A DNA stretch of 64,000 nt, from contig OZ242010.1 of assembly GCA_965204745.1 (NCBI GenBank), positions 1,120,001 through 1,184,000 of the forward strand. Reading direction: 5' to 3'. Position 1 is the stretch's first letter, and each line of letters opens with the position of its first letter. Position numbers and translations under genes: made by a program. This DNA comes from Candidatus Latescibacterota bacterium (lineage in GTDB: Bacteria; Latescibacterota; UBA2968). This document shows positions 18,103-27,830 of the stretch, piece by piece. The notes beneath the pieces are model-generated. The model made no database searches, had not been told where the DNA came from, and saw only the letters and a program-made list of their open reading frames with translations.

Positions 18103-18846
18103 TCAAATAGCTGCGACATCGCCGGCCCAAATCTCACGCACCCGACCATCTGTGCCGCGCAACAACAATTGCCCGTGGTCGCCAAAGCCATCGAGTGTTC
18201 CGGTTTTTACATCTGCGCCTTCCCCCACTGAAATCCGTTCGCCCAGATAGACGCAACGGCGTTCCCAAGTTGCGCGGAGGGCAACAAAGCCCGCGTTTTC
18301 CCAGCGGTCGATCCACGGGGCGATAGTCGAGAGGAGTTGCGCGAGTGCGGTTTCGAGCTCGCATTCGCGTCCGGTTTCAAGGCGCATTGAGGTCACGGGG
18401 CGGTCGATGAGGGCCGCGGTGGTCGCATCCATGTTGACGTTGAGGCCAATGCCGATGACGATAGCCGCGCCATCGGGATGTTTCTGATCGCTGCGCTCGA
18501 GGAGCATGCCGCAGATTTTGGCGTCGTTGACCAAGACGTCGTTGGGCCACTTGGTTTGCGCGTTGATGCCATGGATGTCCAGCATATCGGCAACGCCCAG
18601 GGCAATGGCGATGGGTAGCGAGGCCAGTTGGGGAAACGCGGCTTTTGTGATGAGGAGAAAGGAAAACGTGAGGTTCTCATCGGCTCGTGCGATCCATTGA
18701 CGCTGATAACGCCCGCGCCCGGCCATTTGCTCCCGCGCTGCGAGGACATAGCCAGCAGGAATCGCATCGCCGTTGGAGAGGCGTTGGAGAAGGCAGGTGT
18801 TGGTGGAAGGAACTCTGTCGCGCCATTCGGGGGGTAGAAAGGTCAT
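18103..18846 (-). CDS. birA: Biotin-[acetyl-CoA-carboxylase] ligase without an HTH domain
   Basis: STN, Q-x-AGRGR..RQW, KWPNDVL, KICGMLLE, GIGLNVN. Confidence 0.93.
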   Translation of the reverse strand: MTFLPPEWRDRVPSTNTCLLQRLSNGDAIPAGYVLAAREQMAGRGRYQRQWIARADENLTFSFLLITKAAFPQLASLPIAIALGVADMLDIHGINAQTKWPNDVLVNDAKICGMLLERSDQKHPDGAAIVIGIGLNVNMDATTAALIDRPVTSMRLETGRECELETALAQLLSTIAPWIDRWENAGFVALRATWERRCVYLGERISVGEGADVKTGTLDGFGDHGQLLLRGTDGRVREIWAGDVAAI

Positions 18847-18979
18847 GGGAAAGCTATCGCCAAAGGCGGGAGAGGCAAGGAGGTCACACAAGCGATTTCA
18901 GATGGGGTCTTTTTCAGCTTTCAGCCCTCTGTACATCTACCCCACTGGGTGACTGGTGGTTTGTTTCGCCCTGAATACG

Positions 18980-19006
18980 AGGACAGGCACGGGGGCCTGT
19001 CCCTAC
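18980..19006. repeat. GTAG-type REP-like hairpin
   Basis: ggacaggc acggg ggcctgtcc ctac. Confidence 0.6.
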
Positions 19007-19034
19007 GGCTAACTGATGGGGCCGGGGAGACTAC

Positions 19035-19240
19035 CCGCTTTCAGGCCAATTGATCAACGAAGTGCATCGGGTTTTGGGGGTGTTGGGGTGGCCTTCTCCC
19101 CTCTTGCCTCTTACCTCTTACTTGTGGATGGGGTGTTGGGCGGGGACTGACCGCTTTCAGGCCAATTCATCAACGAAGTGCATCGGGTTTTGGGGATGTT
19201 GGGGTGGCCTTCTCCCGTCTCCCCTCTTGCCTCTTACTTG
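19035..19240. repeat. Two-copy tandem duplication (period 116 bp), each copy ending in a 7-bp repeat array
   Basis: ccgctttcaggccaatt..gtgcatcgggttttgggg..ggccttctccc..tcttgcctcttac at 19035 and 19151. Confidence 0.85.
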
Positions 19241-19244
19241 ACGC

Positions 19245-20729
19245 CTATCTCCCCAACCACGCTTCGATTTGTTGCTCGTTCTCGTCTGTCCACGGCGCGA
19301 TGTCTTCGATGCAAACGCGGTCGTAGCCGCTGTACACACGCGCCATCGCGTCTGCGTAAATGCCTTCTTTTCGCGCTTGCTCGCGCCAGGTGACAAAGTG
19401 TTCCCGGTCGTATTGCTTTGCCCGTGCGTCAATGCCTTCGCAGTCAAAATGCTCGCCGAGTAGGCGATCCAATTTCCGGGCGATTTCCGGTTTGTCGTGG
19501 ATGAGGTCAGTCGTTTCGTCGGGATCGTCTTTCAGGTTGAAAAGTTCGGATTCAAATCCCACATGCTCGACGTATTTCCAATCGCCCCGGCGCAACATAA
19601 ACGTGCCCGTGGCACAGCGGTCGCCGTGGTACTCGCACATGGCCCAATCGCGTTTGCGCGGGGCAGACGCGGTCAGTTGGGGCAAGAGGGATTCGCCGTC
19701 GAGGGTGTCGGGATAGGCCGCGTTGCCCGCGTAATCGGCGTAGCGGATGCGCGCCATGTCCATAAATGTGGGGTAGAGATCGACGAGGGAAACGGGCGTA
19801 TCGACCACGCCGCCGCGTTGGACATCGGGGCCGCGGATGATCAGGGGAACGTGGGCAGAGGCTTCGTACATCGTGCGTTTGAGCACTTGGTTTTGATCGC
19901 CGGCCATTTCGCCATGGTCGCTGGAGAAAATGACGTACGTGTCGTCGCGCAATCCCAAGTCGTCAATCGCTTGCAATACCCGCCCGACCATCTCATCTAG
20001 GGCCGCGATCATGGCAAAGTACACATGGCGAATTTCGCGGACCAGGTTCTCGGAGAATTGTTTGTCGCAATTTTTGGTCACGCGCTGATAGGCGATGGCC
20101 GGGTTGTGCGTGGCGTCGAGTGGCATCAGGGTCGGTGGGATGTCGATTTTGTCCGCATCGATCAACGGCATGTGGCGTTTTTCAGCGGTGAATGCGGGAT
20201 GTACCAGGCCCGTGGTGAGATAGAGCCAGAAGGGGCGATCAGTCGCGGCGCAGCGATGAAGCTGATCCATGGCCTGATACGTGCGGTCCCAATCGCGGGC
20301 ATTGGCGTCATCGACGACTTGCGGCAGGGGCGTGCGCGAAATGGGGCGCAGGATATGGGCAGCGCGCGTCCACGAGCCGATGCGGTCGCGGATGGAGTGT
20401 TTGCCATAAGCGTAGTCGACCGGCCCGATGGCAGATGTTTGATAGCCCGCGCTTTCCAAGGCGTCTCGCCATGTGGGCACCTGGTCGCGCAGCCCTTCGT
20501 GGTTGTTCCAGCAGTCGTAATAATGGGGGTATTTGCCGCTCCACATGCTCGCGCGAGACGGGTTGCACACCGGGCTGTTGGTGTACGCGTTGGTGAACAG
20601 GACGCCTTCGCTGGCGAGGCGATCCATGTGCGGCGTGGCGCGTTGCATGGCCGGATGGCCCATACAACCCATTTTGCGCCCGTCCATGCTCTCGGCGTGG
20701 ATGAAGACGATGTTTGGTGGCATTTTCAT
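19245..20729 (-). CDS. Sulfatase (choline-sulfatase-like)
   Basis: CNPSRASMWSG (FGly motif), SSDHGEM, KRTMYE, HVPLII, ELFNLKDDPDE. Confidence 0.9.
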   Translation of the reverse strand: MKMPPNIVFIHAESMDGRKMGCMGHPAMQRATPHMDRLASEGVLFTNAYTNSPVCNPSRASMWSGKYPHYYDCWNNHEGLRDQVPTWRDALESAGYQTSAIGPVDYAYGKHSIRDRIGSWTRAAHILRPISRTPLPQVVDDANARDWDRTYQAMDQLHRCAATDRPFWLYLTTGLVHPAFTAEKRHMPLIDADKIDIPPTLMPLDATHNPAIAYQRVTKNCDKQFSENLVREIRHVYFAMIAALDEMVGRVLQAIDDLGLRDDTYVIFSSDHGEMAGDQNQVLKRTMYEASAHVPLIIRGPDVQRGGVVDTPVSLVDLYPTFMDMARIRYADYAGNAAYPDTLDGESLLPQLTASAPRKRDWAMCEYHGDRCATGTFMLRRGDWKYVEHVGFESELFNLKDDPDETTDLIHDKPEIARKLDRLLGEHFDCEGIDARAKQYDREHFVTWREQARKEGIYADAMARVYSGYDRVCIEDIAPWTDENEQQIEAWLGR

Positions 20730-20737
20730 TCCTCAAA

Positions 20738-21709
20738 TTAACGCGGCACCTCCACCGCGCTTCCGGTTTGTGCGGCTTTGTGCATGGCGAAGACCACGCG
20801 CAGTGCTTGCAGGCCGTCTTCGCTGTGCGGATCGGCGAAGGGCGCGTCGGGCGCGGGGGTGTGGCCCTTGATGGCTTCGATGAAGTGGTCGGATGAATTG
20901 CCGTATTCGGGCGGGGTTGTCATGCGTTGCCAACCGTCTCGCCGCGTGATCGCGTAGAGCCGGTCGCGCTCGAGGCGATAACTCTGTTTGTCCGCGTACA
21001 CCGAGACCTCGTCTTGGTATTCGTCACACGTCTTGATGCACAGCAGGCTGGCGGACAACCCGCCTTCGAGTTCGAGGCGCGTATCCACGAGGGCTTCCTC
21101 GATGTGCTCGGCCTCATTTTCGTACTGAATTTTGCCTTCCACTCGCACGATGCGCCGGCCCGTGATCCACGGCAAAACATCGGTGATGTGAATGGTGCGC
21201 CGATGCAACATGCCCCCGTCTTCTATCCCGCGTTTGACCGGGCTTCGCCGCTGGATGGCGGTGAGCATCTGCGGCGCGACAGCACCCGATGCGATTTGCC
21301 GGCGCACGTATTCGGTGCTCGGCATAAAGTGGCGCGTGAACGCGGTCATGAGGATGCAATTTCGCGCTTTGCTCAACCCCACGAGTTCCTCAGCATCGGC
21401 CACGGTAACGGTGATCGGCTTATCGACAATGGTCGGTATGCCGCGCTCGAGGGCCAGCTTACAGGGGGCGAAATGCGCCCGATTGGGCGTGCTGACAAAC
21501 GCGCCGTCGATCAAATCCGGATCGAGCATGTCGCCATAGTCGGTAAATGGCTGGCTAGCGGCAAGGCGTTTGTCGCGCTTGTCCAGGCAGTCTTGAGAAA
21601 TGTCGCAAACCGCCGCGATTTCCACATCTGGGCGGTTGAGCAAATTGGGGATGTGGTAGCTCGAACAAAACGAGCCGAGGCCGATGATGCCAATTCTCAC
21701 TTTTTCCAT
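20738..21709 (-). CDS. Gfo/Idh/MocA oxidoreductase
   Basis: RIGIIGLG, VSTPN..H, VDKP motif. Confidence 0.85.
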   Translation of the reverse strand: MEKVRIGIIGLGSFCSSYHIPNLLNRPDVEIAAVCDISQDCLDKRDKRLAASQPFTDYGDMLDPDLIDGAFVSTPNRAHFAPCKLALERGIPTIVDKPITVTVADAEELVGLSKARNCILMTAFTRHFMPSTEYVRRQIASGAVAPQMLTAIQRRSPVKRGIEDGGMLHRRTIHITDVLPWITGRRIVRVEGKIQYENEAEHIEEALVDTRLELEGGLSASLLCIKTCDEYQDEVSVYADKQSYRLERDRLYAITRRDGWQRMTTPPEYGNSSDHFIEAIKGHTPAPDAPFADPHSEDGLQALRVVFAMHKAAQTGSAVEVPR

Positions 21710-21710
21710 C

Positions 21711-22775
21711 TCACTCCTTTCCCAGGCGCAACCAACCATCGACATCGGGCGCGAGTGCTCGCCAGTGCCGGGTGATGGCCCGCGCTTCTTCGACGCCCAT
21801 TTTGCTCACGCCCTCGTAAGACGTAGGCGCGCCCGTTTTTTTGAGATAGTCCAAGCAACGCGCCCACATCGCGCTCCACAAATAGGCGTTGTGCAATTCG
21901 GTTTCCGGCGCGGACCGGTTGCGCGCAACAAAGCCCGGAATAAACGGGCGGCCAGAGGGTTGACCCATGGGCAGGTACCGAAAATTATACGCCCAGCGAT
22001 AATCCTCGCGGCTCGTATTGGGCACGGAACTGTGCATGACTTTGTTGTCCAAAAAAACGAGGTCCCCGGGCGCGACGGGCAGCGCGACGCCCTGCGCGTC
22101 GAGGTCTTCTGGATAGGGGCGATATTGCACGCCGTGGTTGTGGCTTTTGGGAATGACCACCAAACAGCCGTTTTCCTCGGTGGCATGCGTAATCGGAATC
22201 CACGCATTGACGATCTGGCTCTCGTGCGAATCCCGCAACCCGGAGATGGCGTCCATGTGCCACCCGGTTCTGCCGACCTGAAATGCGTAAAACCCTTCCT
22301 CCGAGAGATCTGCGCCGACGGACTCGGCCACCTCGTCAGCCAACCCGAGATGATCGGGCGCGAGTTTGAGGTTGAAGTGGTAGATCGGGGACGCGGCGAT
22401 TTCCGGCCCGATGAGGGCTTCCAAGATATCCAAGACTTTTGGATGGCGCATCAGCGCGAACATTTCCGGGATGCGCGCATCGGGCAGGTCTTCGCGCCAT
22501 TGAAAGGTGGGAACAAAGAGATTGAGCACGGGATCGAGATGGTGCAAGACCGTCCCCCTGCTGGCGCCGAGGGACACGGCAAACCGCTCGGGCAAAGACA
22601 TCGCATCGAATCGGCCCAGCGCGTCAGCGGCCCCGGTTTCAACGAGGTAAATGCGCGCCAACGCATCCAAGAGCGCGGTATAGGCTCGTTGCAAGGGATA
22701 AATGTCCCGCTCGGGATCGAGCGCGTTTTTGACGACGACATATCCCTCTCGGTGGAATTGTTCGGCTAGTGACAT
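21711..22775 (-). CDS. Phytanoyl-CoA dioxygenase (PhyH) family
   Basis: F..EGYVVVKN, WHMD, WIPI..ATEENGCL.VIPKSH, H-S-x-PN-x-S...R. Confidence 0.85.
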   Translation of the reverse strand: MSLAEQFHREGYVVVKNALDPERDIYPLQRAYTALLDALARIYLVETGAADALGRFDAMSLPERFAVSLGASRGTVLHHLDPVLNLFVPTFQWREDLPDARIPEMFALMRHPKVLDILEALIGPEIAASPIYHFNLKLAPDHLGLADEVAESVGADLSEEGFYAFQVGRTGWHMDAISGLRDSHESQIVNAWIPITHATEENGCLVVIPKSHNHGVQYRPYPEDLDAQGVALPVAPGDLVFLDNKVMHSSVPNTSREDYRWAYNFRYLPMGQPSGRPFIPGFVARNRSAPETELHNAYLWSAMWARCLDYLKKTGAPTSYEGVSKMGVEEARAITRHWRALAPDVDGWLRLGKE

Positions 22776-23029
22776 GGGGGTCTCCTGTTGTTCAAGGCGT
22801 GCGGCGTAGAGCCTATCGCGTGTCCTGTGGCGCGATTCGCCCACGTTCAGATTAAACGCCTGTTAAGGGACGGATACTGCATGTATTTTCGGCTTTTTTG
22901 CCAACTCGGTACGCAATGCACGGGACTGGTAGAACGCCAACCGCTCTTCTATCGTTCTGTCCTTCAACCCGTTTTGGTATTCGGGTTGGGGGATTTTTAT
23001 CGGTGCCCAAAAAGTAACCTACACACCTA

Positions 23030-23515
23030 AGATACACAAACACACAAGGCAACACGGCTTGCCGGCTTGCCTTGCGATACCGCTGAAGCCTTGTCTTGCT
23101 TGCCTATCGACATATCGAGAGACACGCCATAGCCTTGCTACAAGGCTTCTAAGGCGTCATCTGGTATGGTGGTGCTCCTGTGGATAACCTTCTGTCACCG
23201 GCAAGGGTCAGCACAACCGCTTCGAGACAGGCCTTCTGTTCCTCTTCGGTGGCAACACTGATTTTCCCAGAATTGGTAAATCGCATCAGAAAGTTGACCA
23301 TGAGGGCATTCCTTTTTAGGGGACAGTAAGAGGTCTTTTGTAAGTAGGGGCGAATAATTATTCTCCCCTACTCAATGTGAAGCATGACCACACAGAGAGC
23401 GGTTGATCATATCCTGCGTGAACCTGTCGCTATGATCTGCGAAATGAGTCAGGGTATCGTTGAGCGGACTGCTAAGCAAATACTGGCAGTAATCTAGGCG
23501 CGTTGGTTTCTCCAT
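23030..23515 (-). pseudogene. Degraded IS701-family transposase remnant
   Basis: MEKPTRLDYCQYLLSS..LTHFADH..DMINR (ATG at 23515) and a later YCPLKRN fragment; stops and deletions; left boundary approximate. Confidence 0.75.
23344..23371. repeat. GTAG REP-like palindrome inside the IS701 remnant
   Basis: gtaggggcgaataattattctcccctac. Confidence 0.7.
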
Positions 23516-23672
23516 ACAGACCTCCAAAGTGAGGATTGGTTTTCGATCCAGTTCTTTTTTCTGTAAGTCCTACTATGAAAAAGGTTGGGGGCGCAAGCGA
23601 ATCCCGCGCCTGTGTGGTTTGCTAATCGGTGCAAAGGTCAATCTCTATCCCAAACACATTCAATGTCTCTCT

Positions 23673-24752
23673 TCATTTGCTATTATTGGGATTGTGAATG
23701 ATTAGGTCGAGATGCCACAACATAAACGCAACTTTGAGAGCACCTTGATCTTTCTTTGCGGGTTCTTCACATAGTTCACAGCGAATGCGTTCTTGTATCT
23801 TAGACCACAACTCGGATCGAAGAATATCGGGCTTTTTTTTTAAGTATTCCAATGCCAGAATCGCATAGGTTCCATTCTTTGAATAGTCCCATATATCTCT
23901 CAATCCTGGATTTCGAAAGGGAAGCCCACTGCCCTTAATTCTTCCCAATCGATATAGAACCTCTGTGCCCTTCATAGGACAATTCTTTGTTCCGCTGTCT
24001 TTACTTTTACCTCCTAGACTACGATATGTCTCATACCAAGCGGAGTGCCAATCGGCACCGCCTTCTACTTTCTTGATAGTCCCTAGTACCCAGTCTTTCA
24101 AGTTAATTTTGTATAAATTTCTAAGCATAATTTGATTGTCAACGACCCTCTTAACATCTTTAAACACATCCTTGATAGACCGCGTGCCATCCACCCGAAA
24201 AATGCGATTGGGTTCCGATTCATACACCTCTGCAAAACCCTTTTGAACTCGAAAAAAAAAATCTTTATCTGCTTTATCTTTTGACTCGATGCGATCTGAG
24301 AAAAGTGGCAGATCTCGTTTTTGGATCGCCTGCGAATCGACATCCAACCAGACGGTGATAGCTGGCTTCAAACCATCCGTGACCATATCTTGAATCTTTT
24401 TTATTTTTTTCAGATCCGATTCGCGACCATAGCCCTGATAGGCCAGTGTAGAATCAATATAACGATCCGAAATCACCACTTTGCCCTTATCCAGAGCTGG
24501 TCGAATCAATTCGTTGACATGCTGTGCGCGATCCGCGGCAAACAAAAACATCTCGGCAACTACACAGATCTCCTCTTTGGTTTTCGTGTTGAGCACTAAG
24601 GGCCGAATTTTCTTCCCGAGTTCTGTACCGCCCGGCTCATAAGTAGCCACAACATCATACCCGAGCCTCTGTAGATACTCAACCAGCAACTTGGCCTGGG
24701 TGCTTTTCCCGCTTTTATCAATGCCTTCAAATGATATGAAAAGACCAGCCAT
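23673..24752 (-). CDS. tmk: Thymidylate kinase fused to a C-terminal DUF6979-like domain
   Basis: FISFEGIDKSGKSTQ, EPGGT, LFAADRAQH, DRYIDSTLAYQG; extra ~140 aa with K-x-CP, SKN..YA, LW, V...LW. Confidence 0.85.
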   Translation of the reverse strand: MAGLFISFEGIDKSGKSTQAKLLVEYLQRLGYDVVATYEPGGTELGKKIRPLVLNTKTKEEICVVAEMFLFAADRAQHVNELIRPALDKGKVVISDRYIDSTLAYQGYGRESDLKKIKKIQDMVTDGLKPAITVWLDVDSQAIQKRDLPLFSDRIESKDKADKDFFFRVQKGFAEVYESEPNRIFRVDGTRSIKDVFKDVKRVVDNQIMLRNLYKINLKDWVLGTIKKVEGGADWHSAWYETYRSLGGKSKDSGTKNCPMKGTEVLYRLGRIKGSGLPFRNPGLRDIWDYSKNGTYAILALEYLKKKPDILRSELWSKIQERIRCELCEEPAKKDQGALKVAFMLWHLDLIIHNPNNSK

Positions 24753-24832
24753 TTTGTTCCCAATTTTCGACAATAAAAAAAAGAACCCGGCGATACCCCC
24801 GGGTTTTGTCATCCTGTACTCGACAAACAGGC

Positions 24833-25459
24833 TTATGATTTTGTCAGCTTTCGAAAGTGAATGACGCGCTCCATCGCGGTAAAATTTCCCAACAGAGCAA
24901 TTGCCCACACCACCACGATCAAACCAATATCCCCGATCAAGGGCACGATCAGCCCACCGACGCCAATGGCGATAATGCGCTCGGGCCGCTGCATAAACCC
25001 CACCTTGCACTCGGCCCCAAGACCCTCGACGCGCGCACGCACATAACTCACCATGAGAGACCCTGCCAGTGCAAAAAAGACCGCCGAACTCGTCCAGAGA
25101 TCATCAGCCCGTATAAAACTGATCGCAATGCCAAACCAAATCAAAATTTCGGAATATCGATCAACAGTCGAATCGAGAAGCGCGCCAAATTTGGATTCCG
25201 TATTGCCCTTGCGCGCCACCTGTCCGTCGAGCAAATCAAAAACACCCGCGACGAGCACTGTCAATCCGGCCCAAAGATACAATCCAAAGCCGAAGAGCAC
25301 AGCCGCACCCACATTGAAAACAAACCCGATCATGGTCAACAAATCGGGCGTAAAGCGCTTTTCGACGAGATATTCCGTAGAGGGGGCCAAAATCTCGGCG
25401 ACATCATCTTTGACTTTTTCGATCACGGTTGAAACCCCACAGAAGAGTGAAGTTTGCAT
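24833..25459 (-). CDS. CDP-alcohol phosphatidyltransferase (PgsA/PI-synthase-like)
   Basis: D..DGQVAR....S.FGALLDSTVDR, SYVRAR.EGLG, QRPER. Confidence 0.9.
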   Translation of the reverse strand: MQTSLFCGVSTVIEKVKDDVAEILAPSTEYLVEKRFTPDLLTMIGFVFNVGAAVLFGFGLYLWAGLTVLVAGVFDLLDGQVARKGNTESKFGALLDSTVDRYSEILIWFGIAISFIRADDLWTSSAVFFALAGSLMVSYVRARVEGLGAECKVGFMQRPERIIAIGVGGLIVPLIGDIGLIVVVWAIALLGNFTAMERVIHFRKLTKS

Positions 25460-25583
25460 TCTCTAACCAAATTCAAATATAGACCAATTTTAGAGGTGTT
25501 GCAAGCGAAATTTCCCATAGACGCGGGCTAAAAAAACAGCGTGAAAAGCCCGAATCTCATGGTGCAAAACGCGAGTGACTAAA

Positions 25584-25705
25584 TGTGGAAAACCTGTTGA
25601 TAACTCTCATAATGTCACGCTACTTATTGTCCATACTCCTTAAAAAATCAACTACTTAATGATGTTGATAACGTCATCCACTTTTCCACAATCACTGTTG
25701 AAAAC
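25584..25705. promoter_or_regulatory. Cluster of DnaA-box-like nonamers
   Basis: TGTGGAAAA 25584, TGTTGATAA 25595 and 25663, TTTTCCACA 25682, TGTTGAAAA 25697, plus weaker boxes. Confidence 0.6.
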
Positions 25706-25712
25706 TATTCAC

Positions 25713-26396
25713 TTAGCGAAACACATCTATTCGCTCAATCACCACCGGTTTTACTGGTTGATCTCTGAGGGCGGTTTCAACTGTTGCAATTCTGTTGACC
25801 ACGTCCATCCCGCTCGTCACTTCGCCAAAAGCAGTATATTGATTGTCTAAACGAGGCGAGGTTCCATGCATAATGAAAAATTGCGACCCAGCACCAGCCG
25901 ACACATCTGAAATGCGTGCCGTAGAAAGAATCCCCGGCACATGTTTTATTTCATTAAATTCATGAGGGATATGCACGAGTGGTCCCCCCATCCCATCATC
26001 AGACGGGTCGGCGTCCTTTGAATTGGGATCGCCGCCCTGAATCATGAAATTTTTAATGACGCGATGGAACTTGGTATTGTTGTAAAACCCGCTCTCTGCT
26101 CTGATGATAAAAGTCAGACAGTGAATGGGGGCCTTTTCAGGATGGAACTTCAATTCAATAGTGCCCATATTCGTCACGATACGCGCCTTCACATTCCGAA
26201 TCTGATCGACCAGAAACACCATTCGGTTGCCGACCTCGCCGGCTCGCTTGACCTGATTTTGTGCCTTGCTCAAAGAGCTTTTCAACGACCGATTCTCATT
26301 GTTCAACTTCTCATTGGCTTGTTTCAACTCTTCTACCGCGCTACCACCACATCCCGCCATCAAAAGGCACAGACTCCAAAAAACAAATCGTTTCAT
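25713..26396 (-). CDS. Cyclophilin-type peptidyl-prolyl isomerase, lipoprotein
   Basis: Lipobox LMAGC; FHRVIKNFMIQGGDP, SAGSQFFI, YTAFGEV. Confidence 0.9.
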   Translation of the reverse strand: MKRFVFWSLCLLMAGCGGSAVEELKQANEKLNNENRSLKSSLSKAQNQVKRAGEVGNRMVFLVDQIRNVKARIVTNMGTIELKFHPEKAPIHCLTFIIRAESGFYNNTKFHRVIKNFMIQGGDPNSKDADPSDDGMGGPLVHIPHEFNEIKHVPGILSTARISDVSAGAGSQFFIMHGTSPRLDNQYTAFGEVTSGMDVVNRIATVETALRDQPVKPVVIERIDVFR

Positions 26397-26545
26397 CGAC
26401 ATTTCCTCCTCAATGCGATACATGAAATCTACCACAACAGGAAAAAACAACACCATTCAAATCTCCCTTGACAGTGGTTCTTATCCAGACTTTATTGCTA
26501 CTAAGCAGAACAACACAAACCCTCACACCCAAGGACAACATCGTT

Positions 26546-27406
26546 ATGCGACTCGTAACATTTACACACCAAGGCCAGCGGCGGCTCGGTGCTCGATCAG
26601 GCAATTCGATCATTGACCTCAATGCTACTGATCCGTCAATTCCCTCCACCATGAGGGAATTTCTTGAAGCGGGTGGTGACGCCCTTTCCAAGGCCCACGC
26701 GGCGATTGATAAAGGGGCACAGGCCATTCCCGCAACAGATGTCACCATTCAGGCTCCCATTGACGATCCAGAAAAAATTATTTGCATAGGTCTCAACTAT
26801 GCCGACCATGCGGCCGAAAGCGGTATGCCCATTCCCGACGAACCCATTGTCTTTTCCAAATATGCTTCATCCATCATCGGCCCCAATGCAAATATTGTGT
26901 CTCCCAGCGCGAGTTCCCAAGTTGACTACGAAGTCGAACTTGTGGTCGTTATTGGCAAACGTGGTCGCAACATCTCTGAAGAGGACGCCCTCAACTACGT
27001 TGCAGGCTACATGGTTGGTCACGATGTGAGTGCTCGCGATTACCAACTTGAAAAACCAGGCGCGCAATGGATGATGGGCAAAACCTTTGACACATTCGCC
27101 CCAATCGGACCGGATCTGGTCACAACTGACGACGTTTCCGATCCTCACAATTTGGGCATTCGTTGTATTCTCAATGGCGAGACTGTACAGGATTCCAACA
27201 CGTCTCAACTGATTTTTGGCGTACCCCAACTCATTGCGTATCTCACCCATGTATTCACGATCACTCCCGGAGACTTGATTTTTACCGGCACACCGCCCGG
27301 TGTGGGCATGGGGCGTAATCCTCAACTTTGGCTCAAACACGGCGATCATGTGATCTGTGAAATTGATGGCTTGGGACGACTTGAGAATCCTGTTATTTCG
27401 GATTGA
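26546..27406 (+). CDS. Fumarylacetoacetate hydrolase family protein
   Basis: KIICIGLNYADH, DYEVEL, DVSARD, GKTFDTFAP, TGTPPGVG. Confidence 0.92.
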   Translation: MRLVTFTHQGQRRLGARSGNSIIDLNATDPSIPSTMREFLEAGGDALSKAHAAIDKGAQAIPATDVTIQAPIDDPEKIICIGLNYADHAAESGMPIPDEPIVFSKYASSIIGPNANIVSPSASSQVDYEVELVVVIGKRGRNISEEDALNYVAGYMVGHDVSARDYQLEKPGAQWMMGKTFDTFAPIGPDLVTTDDVSDPHNLGIRCILNGETVQDSNTSQLIFGVPQLIAYLTHVFTITPGDLIFTGTPPGVGMGRNPQLWLKHGDHVICEIDGLGRLENPVISD

Positions 27407-27417
27407 TACATGAATAT

Positions 27418-27450
27418 AAACCCCCTGGAAAGCTACTTCCAAGGGGGTTT
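27418..27450. terminator. Bidirectional intrinsic terminator
   Basis: aaaccccctggaa agctac ttccaaggggg ttt between convergent genes. Confidence 0.7.
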
Positions 27451-27479
27451 ATGTTGAGTAACCAGTCGGGAATATCAAA

Positions 27480-27830
27480 CTAAGCTGCGGGCAAACGGCT
27501 CCGCAATTCTGCCAACTCGCGTTCAAGATGATCCAGTCTGATCGAAACTTCACGCTCGTGCAACAACCGATCAGCAGTGTCCATACCATCGTGAATGATA
27601 GAAAGCCTACGCTTGAGCTGTTCGCAGATATGACTGATTTCTGATAAATCAGCCTCAACCTGAGCTTGGCGTGTGCTTACTTTGCGAATCGCATCTTGCA
27701 CATTTTGAATATCAGATCGGATTTCGACAAACTGCCTTGCGACCATTTGAGCGAAATTTTCTTGTGAAGTCTCAATGGCATCGCGAATGGTTTCTCGAAT
27801 GAGATCCAGTTCACCAGTTTCAAGGGCCAT
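27480..27830 (-). CDS. Small coiled-coil hypothetical protein
   Basis: Open heptad-rich ORF with RBS CAGGA before the ATG. Confidence 0.55.
   Translation of the reverse strand: MALETGELDLIRETIRDAIETSQENFAQMVARQFVEIRSDIQNVQDAIRKVSTRQAQVEADLSEISHICEQLKRRLSIIHDGMDTADRLLHEREVSIRLDHLERELAELRSRLPAA

Noticed and set aside
24753-25010. Extended N-terminus of the tmk ORF
   Set aside because: It overlaps the pgsA-like gene and a terminator-like hairpin; the Tmk motif starts at MAGLFISFEG.
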